DNA of 63,188 nucleotides, taken from a virus (taxonomy: Duplodnaviria > Caudoviricetes). The stretch covers positions 1 to 63,188 of the IMG/VR virus record IMGVR_UViG_3300013026_000023; one strand, given 5' to 3'. Positions within the stretch are counted from its first letter, which is position 1. The number at the start of each line of letters is the position of its first letter. A program made the position numbers and the translations under genes. The notes under the pieces were generated by a model. It had not been told where the DNA came from, did no database searches, and was given only the letters and a program-made list of their open reading frames with translations. Shown one piece after another: positions 1 to 9,062 of this stretch.

Positions 1-82
1 CGACCCAAGGAATCTCCACCCATATCGCCTAGCGATTGAGTGGAGAGGATGTCAAAAATGTATTGCTGCTGATGGAGGCCTA

Positions 83-466
83 GTGGAAGTATTTTCAGTC
101 GTCACGGGAAGATGCCCCAACAATATTCCCTGGGGCGTATTCTCAAGCTACCAGAAGGCGATGCAGGTGCTGGTCAAATTAGCGGCACAAGGGTACAACG
201 AGATTGCCATTGGCAAGTGGGATGTGGACGTAATGGGAGAGTGGCAGGGTGCGCGCAAATTATGGAAGCGGGTGGTTCACCTCAAGGATGGCCACCTGGG
301 TAATGCCTGGGAGTTTCAGGGCGACAAGGTAACAGACGACTCCTGGACCGTCTTCAAGAGCAACCAAGGGGTGGACATAGCTGTCTGTATCTCCCGCGTC
401 TCACAGGAACATGCGGATGAGATAGCCAGACGTGCTTACGAGCTGTGGAGCCAAGCTAGACTGTAA
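83..466 (+). CDS. hypothetical protein
   Basis: 127-aa ORF with GTG start preceded by GGAGG; abuts the portal gene. Confidence 0.6.
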   Translation: MEVFSVVTGRCPNNIPWGVFSSYQKAMQVLVKLAAQGYNEIAIGKWDVDVMGEWQGARKLWKRVVHLKDGHLGNAWEFQGDKVTDDSWTVFKSNQGVDIAVCISRVSQEHADEIARRAYELWSQARL

Positions 467-468
467 GA

Positions 469-2724
469 ATGGCAGATAGCGATATTCTCCTAGCTAGCGA
501 AGTGGCCAGACTTGATGGCCTCAGAAGTCTCTACAGCAGCCTGAGTAACCCAGCGACAGGGGCAGGTACCTTTAGGGATAAGTCCAGCATGTGGGAAGTT
601 GGTATCCAGCCCACCATAGGCTTAAACGAGGCAGTGCACCTGTACCGCAACTCCTGGTTGATCCAGAGAGGGGTAAAACTACTGCCACTGGAGGCCACCA
701 GGGAGTGGTATGAGTGGAAGCTAGGCAGCGACTCTGACCACGACATCCTCTCTAGCTTGCGCATGTACCTGGATAAGCTAGAGGCTGAGGAGAACTTCTG
801 CGAGGCTGTGCGCTTAGAGAGGCACTACGGTGGCTGTGGCATGCTCATTGGCGTCAATGATGGGCAGGCGATGGACCAGCCAGTAAACATGGATTCCATC
901 AGGAGTGTTGAGTTTCTTCGCCCACTCGATAGATGGCGCATCTATCCTGATATCGCCATCGGAGTCAACCCCGACAAGCCTGAGTACTTCACACTGGGCA
1001 ATAGCGAGCTGCTGGACGCAACAACCCAAAAGCGAATGACCTGGAGGGTGCACAGATCACGGGTACTTATCTTTCCCGGTTTGGGAGATTGGAATATACG
1101 CCAGCTGAATGGCGGCTGGGGGGACTCCATCCTCCAAGCGATGTACGAGTCCTATGTGCGCTTCTTCGGCTCGCTGAGCGCCATACAGACTAGCTTGCAG
1201 GACTTCTCTGTTTTTGTACTAGCCATCCAGGATCTGCACAAGTTCTACGAGAAAAAAAATGGCGAAGACCAACTGAGGAACCTGATTGAGGTCAACGATA
1301 GGGCTAGATCTGTGCATCGCATGATGATTACTAGTGCCGACAAAGAGAAGGTGATGGAGCTAGCTAGGTCCTATGGCTCCATCCCAGAACTACTAAGCTT
1401 CCTCAAGGAGGAGCTGACAGGCGCAGTATCAGTAGGCGGTACCATCCCCCAGACCATCCTTTGGGGACAGTCCCCTGCTGGACAAAACGCCACTGGCGAG
1501 AGCGATCGCTTTGCATTTGCAATGTCCGCCCACCAACTACAGAGAGACCGCATTACCAAGCCGCTGCGCTACCTTAGTGAGTTAATCTTTAGGGCTAAGG
1601 ATGGCCCATCCAAGGGTAAAATTCCTCAGGACTGGGATTTGGCGCCAATTGAGCTATTCCAGCGCTCTCAGAAGGAGAAGCTAGAGGAGCGCAGAATACA
1701 GGCTGAGATTGATAGGACCTACAAAGATCTAGAGGTCCTTGTCCCCGAAGAGGTGCGCGAGTCTCGCTTTGGTGGCGCTGAGTATAGCCACGAGACAGTA
1801 CTGGATGATGCCGCCTATAAGAAGTTGCAAGAAGAGCAAGCTGCAGTTGAGGTGCCTAGTGATGTACCGCCTGAGGATGAGGTAGAGGGTGAGGAAGAGA
1901 TCGAAGAAGGAACTGAAGCAGTGGACAGCACCTTGCTGGACCTGAGTGACTTCACATTGGACCACGACGATGTCTTCATTGGGGAAGCGGTGTCCTTCAG
2001 AGCAGACAAGAACTGCAAGAAAGGCAGGCCATGCGGCGGTAGCTGTATAGCCAAGAGTAAGAAGTGCAGAACTGGGATACCCAAAGAGACAAAAGAGAAG
2101 ATTAAGGCTGTTAAGGCCAAGACCGCCAAGCCCAAAACTGGCGTAGCAACTACGGCTGCGGAGAGGGAGGAGTATGCTAGTTACCGCGAGTATTACTTTG
2201 AAAAGGCCAAGGGTTTAATGAGTCAGTTCAAGGATCCGCCACCCCCTTACCAGGCTGAGGTAGCGGGCCTGAACTCCTATACGTCAGTCTCTTATTCCGA
2301 TGTTAATAACCTTTTGCGCGGAGGTAAGGGCTACACCAAGGAGCAAGCTAGAAAGGTCAGACTTGACGCCAAAATGACCGCAGCGGCTTTGAGCGCCCTA
2401 CCTGACTACAAGGGAACGGTCTATAGGGGAACCGACCTCCCTCCTAGCCAAATAGCCAAGTATAAGGTTGGCAAAACGGTAACAGAGAAGGCCTTTCTTA
2501 GCACCAGCCGCAGTGCCAAGGTAACCCACAACTTCGATGCCCCCAGGACAGGCACTCAGACTGTGCATTATGTCATCCAGTCTAAGCATGGTAAATCAAT
2601 CGAAAAACTGAGCAATGTACCCTCAGAAAGAGAGGTCCTGTTTGGGCCTGGAACAAGCTTCAAGGTACTGAGCAAAGAAGTAGCTGGCGATATCACTAGG
2701 TTGTATTTAGAAGAGGTGGACTAA
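469..2724 (+). CDS. Portal protein (DUF1073/HI1409 type) fused to a C-terminal ADP-ribosyltransferase domain
   Basis: N-terminal ~450 aa has DUF1073-like motifs (LYRNSWL..P.EATREW, R.YGG, VHRSRVLIF.G, GWGDSILQ, IPQTILWGQSPAGQNATGESD, PEEVRESRFGG). C-terminus has the R-S-E ART signature (YT..SY..VN..LR, TVYRG, FLSTS, EREVLF). Confidence 0.85.
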   Translation: MADSDILLASEVARLDGLRSLYSSLSNPATGAGTFRDKSSMWEVGIQPTIGLNEAVHLYRNSWLIQRGVKLLPLEATREWYEWKLGSDSDHDILSSLRMYLDKLEAEENFCEAVRLERHYGGCGMLIGVNDGQAMDQPVNMDSIRSVEFLRPLDRWRIYPDIAIGVNPDKPEYFTLGNSELLDATTQKRMTWRVHRSRVLIFPGLGDWNIRQLNGGWGDSILQAMYESYVRFFGSLSAIQTSLQDFSVFVLAIQDLHKFYEKKNGEDQLRNLIEVNDRARSVHRMMITSADKEKVMELARSYGSIPELLSFLKEELTGAVSVGGTIPQTILWGQSPAGQNATGESDRFAFAMSAHQLQRDRITKPLRYLSELIFRAKDGPSKGKIPQDWDLAPIELFQRSQKEKLEERRIQAEIDRTYKDLEVLVPEEVRESRFGGAEYSHETVLDDAAYKKLQEEQAAVEVPSDVPPEDEVEGEEEIEEGTEAVDSTLLDLSDFTLDHDDVFIGEAVSFRADKNCKKGRPCGGSCIAKSKKCRTGIPKETKEKIKAVKAKTAKPKTGVATTAAEREEYASYREYYFEKAKGLMSQFKDPPPPYQAEVAGLNSYTSVSYSDVNNLLRGGKGYTKEQARKVRLDAKMTAAALSALPDYKGTVYRGTDLPPSQIAKYKVGKTVTEKAFLSTSRSAKVTHNFDAPRTGTQTVHYVIQSKHGKSIEKLSNVPSEREVLFGPGTSFKVLSKEVAGDITRLYLEEVD

Positions 2725-3287
2725 AGTGCTTTCAGACAAGGAAAAAGAGACCCTGGAGCGGATGAAGAAAGACCTTGAGACGACGATGGAAAGAGAGCGA
2801 TCATCCAAGGTCAAGCGGTTCCCCAAGGACAAGACCGAATTCCCCATAGGGCTGGATGATGCTGGCTGATCTAGACACTGAGGACCTAGCACAGGTAGTG
2901 GACATCCTCAATACCCAGTACATTGATGGGGTTGATCAACTCATTGTTGCCAAGCTCAACGAGGATGGCGATATCATTGGTCGCTTTCGTGTCGAGGGGG
3001 ATGTCTACAACTTCAAGATTACGGATGAGTACGTCCTCTCAGGGTTGTACATATCCAAAGATGCCGAGCCCGATGAATTAGACCGTGAGGTGGACAGCAC
3101 CTTGCTGGACCTGAGTGACTTCTTCTTAGGGGAGGAGGACGCCTACCTTGCCGATGGCCTTAGACAGGATGACCTCGAATTCAGGCTGGACAAGAAGAAC
3201 TGCAAGAAGGGCAGGCCCTGTGGCGGTAGCTGTATCTCAGCAGCAAAGAAATGCAGGACTGGGATGCCCAAGGAGACAAAAGAGAAG
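1921..3287 (+). repeat. Duplicated cassette shared by the portal and the 513-aa gene (33-bp exact repeat 1921-1953/3090-3122; ~93-bp near-repeat 2008-2100/3195-3287)
   Basis: GTGGACAGCACCTTGCTGGACCTGAGTGACTTC occurs twice; both copies are followed by DNA encoding KNCKKGRPCGGSCIxxxKKCRTGxPKETKEK. Confidence 0.95.
2726..2869 (+). CDS. 47-aa small charged protein immediately after the ART domain (possible immunity/partner)
   Basis: Read by hand, below the ORF-track cutoff: GTG at 2726 preceded by GAGGTGG; MLSDKEKETLERMKKDLETTMERERSSKVKRFPKDKTEFPIGLDDAG*; fills the gap between two genes. Confidence 0.55.
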   Translation: MLSDKEKETLERMKKDLETTMERERSSKVKRFPKDKTEFPIGLDDAG

Positions 3288-4397
3288 GTGAAGCGTGCCA
3301 AGGCACTGGCTGCAAATACTACTGAGGCACCCGAACCAGGGGGTGCTTTAGCCACAAGGGGAGGAGCCTTGGTCACCAAACCTAAAGAGACCGAAGGCGA
3401 GAAGAGTAAGGCTAGTAGCGGCAAGCGGAGGGAGGCTGAGATTGATTCCAAGTATGCCTCCAGCAATCCTAGCGACAAAGATATTGATGGGTGGACAAAG
3501 GAGATGGCCGAGGAGCGCTTCCGTCCCACCCAGGAGCGCGTAACAGACCAGACTATCCGTGACCTGCGGGTCAAAAAGGGCATGACCTCCCAGGATGACC
3601 CCGCTGAGGTTAAGCTCCAAGACAAGATTAAGGACCGCGATTCCTACGCAAACAGTGTTTATGAGATAGAGAAGATCCAGAATCGCCGCCGTAACAGGAT
3701 GGCTGGTGGAGGTGACGCTCAGGCTAGCCCTGACTGGTGGATGAAGGCCATGTGGACTGGCGAGCAGGAGGCAGCCTACAGCAAGGCCAAGAAGACAGCA
3801 GAGAGTCCCAAGGCTAGCGACAAGGCTAAAGAGGCAGCTCGCAAGAAGGTAGCAAAACTAGAAAAAGACAAGGCTGACTACCGTGTCCTAGCCGAGAAGC
3901 GCGCTGCTGAATTTAAAGAGAAGAACAATAAGCCCAAGGCTGAGCGCATTAAAGAGCTCCAGAAGGAGTACGACGACCAGTTTGGTAAGACCAAGCAATC
4001 AATGGAGGAGCGCCATGCCAAGATTGTTAAGGGCGATCGCAGGGCCCTGGAGGACGCTAGTTATGAGATTGCAAGAGGACTGGATACCTACGTCCTGGAG
4101 GGCAAATCAGCGAGAGACCGCAGCCGTAATGCCATCAGAGAGCACCTGAAGACCGTGAATAAAGAGACCAAGGTATTCGACTTGCCAGCTAATTTTACAG
4201 CTCAGGACCTCAAGAAGGCCTACAGGGCAGCCGCCTTCAAGGCTCATCCAGATCAAGGGGGCAACGCTGATAAGTTTAGGGAGATTAACGAGGCGTACGA
4301 GGCACTGAGGACCAAGTACAACTTCGACAGCCTGGAGCCAATAGGCTACTGGGTATTCCACTGGGATGCAATCTTTGGGGGCGAAGAAGATGTCTAA
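2856..4397 (+). CDS. Modular protein: conserved N-terminal domain + RxD/Cys4 cassette + charged helical region + C-terminal DnaJ (J) domain
   Basis: C-terminal DLKKAYRAAAFKAHPDQGGNADKFREINEAYEALR is a J-domain with HPD; N-terminus is paralogous to 4390..4794. Confidence 0.8.
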   Translation: MMLADLDTEDLAQVVDILNTQYIDGVDQLIVAKLNEDGDIIGRFRVEGDVYNFKITDEYVLSGLYISKDAEPDELDREVDSTLLDLSDFFLGEEDAYLADGLRQDDLEFRLDKKNCKKGRPCGGSCISAAKKCRTGMPKETKEKVKRAKALAANTTEAPEPGGALATRGGALVTKPKETEGEKSKASSGKRREAEIDSKYASSNPSDKDIDGWTKEMAEERFRPTQERVTDQTIRDLRVKKGMTSQDDPAEVKLQDKIKDRDSYANSVYEIEKIQNRRRNRMAGGGDAQASPDWWMKAMWTGEQEAAYSKAKKTAESPKASDKAKEAARKKVAKLEKDKADYRVLAEKRAAEFKEKNNKPKAERIKELQKEYDDQFGKTKQSMEERHAKIVKGDRRALEDASYEIARGLDTYVLEGKSARDRSRNAIREHLKTVNKETKVFDLPANFTAQDLKKAYRAAAFKAHPDQGGNADKFREINEAYEALRTKYNFDSLEPIGYWVFHWDAIFGGEEDV

Positions 4398-4571
4398 AGC
4401 GGAATTCTACCGCCTGGTAATCGAAATCCTCAATACCCAGTACATTGATGGGGTCGACCAGCTCATTGTTGCTCAGTTAGATGACAACGGTGATATTATT
4501 GGTCGCTTTAGGGGGGAGAACAACATCTACAACTTCAAGATTACGGATGAGTATGTTGTCTCAGGATTGTA
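2904..4571 (+). repeat. ~146-bp near-identical duplication 2904-3049 / 4426-4571
   Basis: Both copies encode ILNTQYIDGVDQLIVAxLxxxGDIIGRFRxExxxYNFKITDEYVxSGLY with high nucleotide identity. Confidence 0.9.
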
Positions 4572-4794
4572 TGTCCCCAAAGGCCAAGAACCTGCACCTG
4601 AGCAGCTAGAGCCTGGTGTGGCGGCTGCCACCACAGATGCCGAACCCATGGTTATCAGTGGCGAACTGCTGAGCGATCGCGAGTACGATGATACCGCCAA
4701 CGATCCAACCCTGGTGGAGCATGCACTCCTAGATTGGCGGAACAGCAGTCCTGAGCGCTTCAGTGCATTGGTTGAGGCAGATGTTGATACCTAG
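4390..4794 (+). CDS. hypothetical head-associated protein, paralogue of the N-terminus of 2856..4397
   Basis: ATG at 4390 overlaps the upstream stop; shares a 49-aa domain with the upstream gene. Confidence 0.7.
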   Translation: MSKAEFYRLVIEILNTQYIDGVDQLIVAQLDDNGDIIGRFRGENNIYNFKITDEYVVSGLYVPKGQEPAPEQLEPGVAAATTDAEPMVISGELLSDREYDDTANDPTLVEHALLDWRNSSPERFSALVEADVDT

Positions 4795-5203
4795 CACCTT
4801 AGCCCTCAAGAAGGCCCTCTGGAGCTACCTAAGCAGTGATCCAGACATCAACGCGATCGCCGATATCTCATCCAGTCATCCAACCAGTGCGGCGGCTCTC
4901 AGCAAGCCAAGCAGGGTGGCCATCTCTTCCATCAATGATATCTACAGGGGCTCTGTGATTACTCGCGGGCTGTCAGCGCCATCGATTCAGTTTGCCTGCT
5001 GGAGCAAGTCTGAACCTAGGGCAGAGAGACTGAAGGAGCTGGTGGCTATACGCATAGAAACCTGGACTCCAGCTAGCCTACCTATGCCAGATCAGCGCAT
5101 CCTGGTTGTCAGGCAAGAGTCAGACTTGGGTGTAGTATTCGACTCAGGGAGTGAATTATTTGTGGCCAGCGTGGAGTTCCGCTTTAAGCTAGCTGTTGCC
5201 TAA
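4781..5203 (+). CDS. Probable tail terminator/completion protein (DUF3168/gp17-like)
   Basis: ~140 aa; ALKKALWSYLSSDPDINAI...IQFACWSKSE..AE.L.E.V...L pattern typical of tail terminators. Confidence 0.55.
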   Translation: MLIPSTLALKKALWSYLSSDPDINAIADISSSHPTSAAALSKPSRVAISSINDIYRGSVITRGLSAPSIQFACWSKSEPRAERLKELVAIRIETWTPASLPMPDQRILVVRQESDLGVVFDSGSELFVASVEFRFKLAVA

Positions 5204-7372
5204 AGGATACAGATACTTCAGGGCTGCAAATACTGTGGTCATCTCCCCATCCGATAGCTTGCGATTCCAAGCTATCCAGCGAGTGAATCCTCCTGCTGCT
5301 GGGGCGGCCACTGCCTTATCCAAAGCAGGTTGATAAGCGCCTAGCCAGAGAGTAGCCAGTGGAACCTCTCCTAGGCTACTAGCAGGCCTAGAGTGCAATA
5401 CCTTACCATTGCGCCACTGTTCCCAGGAATCACTCGCCTTGTAGCGCATAGCTAGGTGATTCCAGGTGTTCGCCTCAAAGCCAGTCTTCACGGTCAAGGC
5501 AGCATCCGTTCCACCATCGGAACTGATGGCGCTCTTAAGTCCATCCCCATCCTGATTGTCAATCCAGGCATGGATGGCATAACTACTACCTGTTTGTACC
5601 CTGAAGCCACTACTGAGCGTAGGCCCATAAAAGACAAAGAACCACGTCCACTCATTGGATTGAGCAGGATAATTCCCAGTGAGTATCTTATCTACACCAT
5701 CAAACCTAGCGATCGCCGCTCCATGTCCTGCGGTATTACCAGCGGCTGCTGTACCCAAGGGCACGATATTTGGATTAATAAAGTCGTAGTCGTACCACTC
5801 AAGGTATGGAGCCTGAGCGTTTAGCCTGCCTCCTAGATTGACCTCAACTGTTGTGCCAGCCATTGGCTTTAGCGCAGTAATCCTGGTGCCTGCGTCCGCT
5901 ACCAGGAGATTGTCCAGGTTTAATACATCCAAATCAACCAGGCGGCTCTCAGGTAGCTCTGGCAGGATGATTGAAGGCTCGGGTGCTGGTGTTAAGTCCT
6001 GCAGGGCTGTTGCGACAACATCTGCCATCACCGCATGTCCCGCGTCGTTAGGATGAAAGCCATCGGCTGCCCAGAGTGGTTCAGTTGGAGACATAGCAGT
6101 ATAAATGTCCGCAACCTTTACTCCAGCGATTCGGCAAGCATCCTTGATTGCTTGATTAAGTGCCTCGTGCTTAGGCCTTGTCCCTTTCTTGCCGTTGTCG
6201 TAGGAGGCGTCTGTGACATTGGGAATCGTGGTAACTACAATATTGCCTCGCTCGATACCCATTTTGGTCAAATCCCTCAGCATGTCCAACATCTGCTGTC
6301 GCATGGAGGAGGCATTGGCATAGAGCGTCCCCGTCCGCAGATCGTTCATGCCGTAGTTAATGGCGACTTTTAGGGGGGCGAAGAGGGCTATATCCTTGAA
6401 GTAGCGCCTATAGCCAGTACTGTTCGGTGTACTCTTGTTGCTGTTGACGCCTACAAAATGAGTGCCGCCAAGCCCCTGGTTGGATAAGGGAATCCCCAAC
6501 TGATTGCTCACCAGTGTAGGCCAGTAGTAGGCCTCTCCAGAGGTGCCAATCCAGTCAACGTGTTCTGTGATGCTGTCACCAAAGGTAATCAGTTGTGTCC
6601 TGGTGTTGTCGTCAGCGTAAGGCGCAATTGACTTAAGGTGACCAAACACCTCCCCCATCTCCTGATCGCTGAGGTAGCGGTTGTAGCCAATCCAGATAGC
6701 AAAATCACCTACAGCGATGTCCACGGTATTGTAGCAGCCTAGCCATAGGGTCTTGGCAGGTACATTGGCGCTAGGCGAGGGGTAGCGGGCCTTAAATAGT
6801 TCGCCATTGCACCACTGTTCCCAGCGGTAGCCAGCCTTGACTCGCATTGCCATATGCCGCCAAGCATTAGGTAGGTGCCCTGAGGGTAGGGAGACATCCT
6901 TTCCAGCGCCCTCTGTGGAGATACTTGAAGGCCAGGCTGAGCCCTGAAGGAAGGAGCTGCCCCCTGTGGCGTTAGCTACGTGGTTTAGCAGAACATAGCT
7001 TGTGCTGTCGGACTGCACCCGGATGGAGCTTGTTGGGGAAGCGCCATAGAAGACAGTAAACCACGTCCACTCACTGGTTGCCTCGTAGAGAGTAGGAGAG
7101 GAGACAATGGTGTTAACGCCGTCGTATCTAGCAACCTTTACCCCGTCTCTTGTGGCCAGTACTGGGCGGTTGGTGTCAGCCGGGCTAGAGGCAGATAGAG
7201 TGGTGTTGAACTGAGGCGCGAAGCTGGCTATCCTGCCGCTAATGACTGAATTATCAGAGGCAGCAGCAGCGAGATAGAAGTATAGGCCCTCCGTAGGAAG
7301 TCCTAGAGTGGCCCTCCCCTTGCCTCCGCGTCCCAACAATGAGAGGCCTCTAGAGCCTAGAATACCAGCCAT
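5189..7372 (-). CDS. Virion-associated SGNH/GDSL esterase flanked by two duplicated LamG/concanavalin-like domains
   Basis: FGDSIT (block I), GLGG (II), NYGMND (III), DGFHPN (V); the N- and C-terminal domains are homologous (ARxDGV..EWTWF.VFYG..W.H.AMR.KA..WEQW.NG); start at 7372 from TGATG coupling. Confidence 0.75.
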   Translation of the reverse strand: MAGILGSRGLSLLGRGGKGRATLGLPTEGLYFYLAAAASDNSVISGRIASFAPQFNTTLSASSPADTNRPVLATRDGVKVARYDGVNTIVSSPTLYEATSEWTWFTVFYGASPTSSIRVQSDSTSYVLLNHVANATGGSSFLQGSAWPSSISTEGAGKDVSLPSGHLPNAWRHMAMRVKAGYRWEQWCNGELFKARYPSPSANVPAKTLWLGCYNTVDIAVGDFAIWIGYNRYLSDQEMGEVFGHLKSIAPYADDNTRTQLITFGDSITEHVDWIGTSGEAYYWPTLVSNQLGIPLSNQGLGGTHFVGVNSNKSTPNSTGYRRYFKDIALFAPLKVAINYGMNDLRTGTLYANASSMRQQMLDMLRDLTKMGIERGNIVVTTIPNVTDASYDNGKKGTRPKHEALNQAIKDACRIAGVKVADIYTAMSPTEPLWAADGFHPNDAGHAVMADVVATALQDLTPAPEPSIILPELPESRLVDLDVLNLDNLLVADAGTRITALKPMAGTTVEVNLGGRLNAQAPYLEWYDYDFINPNIVPLGTAAAGNTAGHGAAIARFDGVDKILTGNYPAQSNEWTWFFVFYGPTLSSGFRVQTGSSYAIHAWIDNQDGDGLKSAISSDGGTDAALTVKTGFEANTWNHLAMRYKASDSWEQWRNGKVLHSRPASSLGEVPLATLWLGAYQPALDKAVAAPAAGGFTRWIAWNRKLSDGEMTTVFAALKYLYPLGNS

Positions 7373-7833
7373 CAGATGCACCACTGATATTGAATGTTTG
7401 CCGTAGCAACCTCCTCAATCAGCTTGATCTGGGTATTGGAGAGGATGGGAATCAGCACAGGCCCGTCCCCTGCTTTGAGCTGAAAACCTAGGGTGGCAGT
7501 TGGATTGGTGCCAGATAGCGTATAGCGCACATTCTGTCCAAAAGCTTGAATCAGTAGCTTGGTTGCGCCAGTAGGGGGTGCGAGGGTCACAACAGCAGCT
7601 AGTAGGGCATTAGAGCCATGGGATGAGGCCTCAATTGGATTAAAGGTGAGATTAGTCGTGTTACTCGAGATAGCATTGGAGGCAGCTACCTGGTCCGCCA
7701 TTGATGCAACCAGGGTGGTTAACTGGCTACGTGCCTCGCCGTCGACAACATTCTCGCTGCCATCATCGTTGAGCACCCAGGGAACCAGGACTCCGCTAGT
7801 ATTGCGCCGCTTTAATTCCGCTTCAATTGCCAC
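7372..7833 (-). CDS. putative virion structural protein
   Basis: beta-rich C-terminal domain (LLIQA.GQNVRYTL.GT.PTATLGF.L); coupled within a structural operon. Confidence 0.5.
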   Translation of the reverse strand: MAIEAELKRRNTSGVLVPWVLNDDGSENVVDGEARSQLTTLVASMADQVAASNAISSNTTNLTFNPIEASSHGSNALLAAVVTLAPPTGATKLLIQAFGQNVRYTLSGTNPTATLGFQLKAGDGPVLIPILSNTQIKLIEEVATANIQYQWCI

Positions 7834-8288
7834 TAGATATCCTCCACAATAAGATCCGCATTAAGCACCGTACGCCTCTTGCCATCCTCAATCAAATCTA
7901 AATGGCAAGACAATGCACCAGGGAGTTGGGTAGCCGCAATGTCGGTGTATACCACCAGAGAACCCTTGAGTGGGTCAGTTATTTCGATATTGCCTGCTCT
8001 GGTAGAGTACAGGGCGATCGCTTCCCAGTCCCCCTGAGACCTGTTCCTCTTTACCCAGAACTCCGCCTGTGCACCTGTCAGGTCATAATACTTGCTAATA
8101 CCATCGCCAGTTTGGTAGGTCAGCCTGAATACCAGGGGCGTCTCGTTGCGCTCTAGTAGCCTTACCGCCGACTTTGGCGACTTAGCTCCATAGGGCGACT
8201 CAATCGCTACATTTACCACAGCACCAATAATTACCTGATCTGCTGTGATTAACGTATCTGGCAGGATGAGAACAATTGCGCTAGACAT
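7833..8288 (-). CDS. putative baseplate-upper (BppU-like) structural protein
   Basis: YDLTGAQAEF.VK...G.IEITDP.KG.L.V...HLDL..DG.R.TVL...L.VE pattern. Confidence 0.5.
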   Translation of the reverse strand: MSSAIVLILPDTLITADQVIIGAVVNVAIESPYGAKSPKSAVRLLERNETPLVFRLTYQTGDGISKYYDLTGAQAEFWVKRNRSQGDWEAIALYSTRAGNIEITDPLKGSLVVYTDIAATQLPGALSCHLDLIEDGKRRTVLNADLIVEDI

Positions 8289-8638
8289 TAAAGCGCCTCA
8301 ACAACAGCATTGACAATCTTGGGCAGTTGGCGCCTAATATCGCCATACTTAATCTCCACTGCCAAAGCGTAGTCCACTGCCTTCACCTCATCAGCCTCCC
8401 GCAGCACCCCTCTTTGGCTGGTGCCGCCTACTAGGATCTGGGATTTCACTTGACCAGGCTTGACCAGGGGGGAGGCAGCTCTGGTACTATCCTTCATGCG
8501 CTGAGTGTCCACCCGCACATTGTCCTTGATAATCTCAACAGCCTTCTCGGTACCCTTATCCAGCCTGGCCTTTAGGATCTTGTCCAGGGTGGCCATGCCT
8601 TCATTGTTGATTTGCAGACTTGCTGATACGTTAGCCAT
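8288..8638 (-). CDS. HK97 gp10-like neck/tail component
   Basis: 116 aa; IKDNVRVDTQRMKDS...VDYALAVE.KYG resembles the gp10 motifs PVDTG.L..S and YA..VE.G. Confidence 0.55.
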   Translation of the reverse strand: MANVSASLQINNEGMATLDKILKARLDKGTEKAVEIIKDNVRVDTQRMKDSTRAASPLVKPGQVKSQILVGGTSQRGVLREADEVKAVDYALAVEIKYGDIRRQLPKIVNAVVEAL

Positions 8639-9062
8639 TGATTGTTATCCCCAGATCTGTGGGCCTAAAGTCCAGCGTCACACTGGTATTGATGTATAGC
8701 TTCATCATGCCAGATAATTCCACATCAAAGCGCTCTAGAAGCCCCGTAATGAGCTGCAACCCCATATGGTTGATAATTGCATAGCTACCCTGCTTCAGCT
8801 TGCTCAGGTCGTTTGGGAGGGGCGTGGAGACACTATAGAAGCTATCATTGGTCTGGCCGAACAGAGACCTGACTGCCTGAGAACCCATCTGCTTAACTAC
8901 GACTACTGGACACTCAAAGGTGATTGCGTAGGTTGTCTCAGGTACATCAAAGGGATTGGCTGGGGCAGTGCTGGGCTCAATCAGGTACAGCGTTCCAGTA
9001 GCTGTGGCGTTGGCTACTTGTTTGAGGACTGTAAAGACACCGAAATCTCTAGGATGAAGCAT
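8631..9062 (-). CDS. hypothetical, possibly head-closure protein
   Basis: coupled between neck-type genes; no diagnostic motif. Confidence 0.4.
   Translation of the reverse strand: MLHPRDFGVFTVLKQVANATATGTLYLIEPSTAPANPFDVPETTYAITFECPVVVVKQMGSQAVRSLFGQTNDSFYSVSTPLPNDLSKLKQGSYAIINHMGLQLITGLLERFDVELSGMMKLYINTSVTLDFRPTDLGITING

Noticed and set aside
1-83. Stop-codon reassignment or terminal repeats
   Set aside because: TAG, TGA and TAA all end well-conserved genes, and no direct or inverted terminal repeat is visible.
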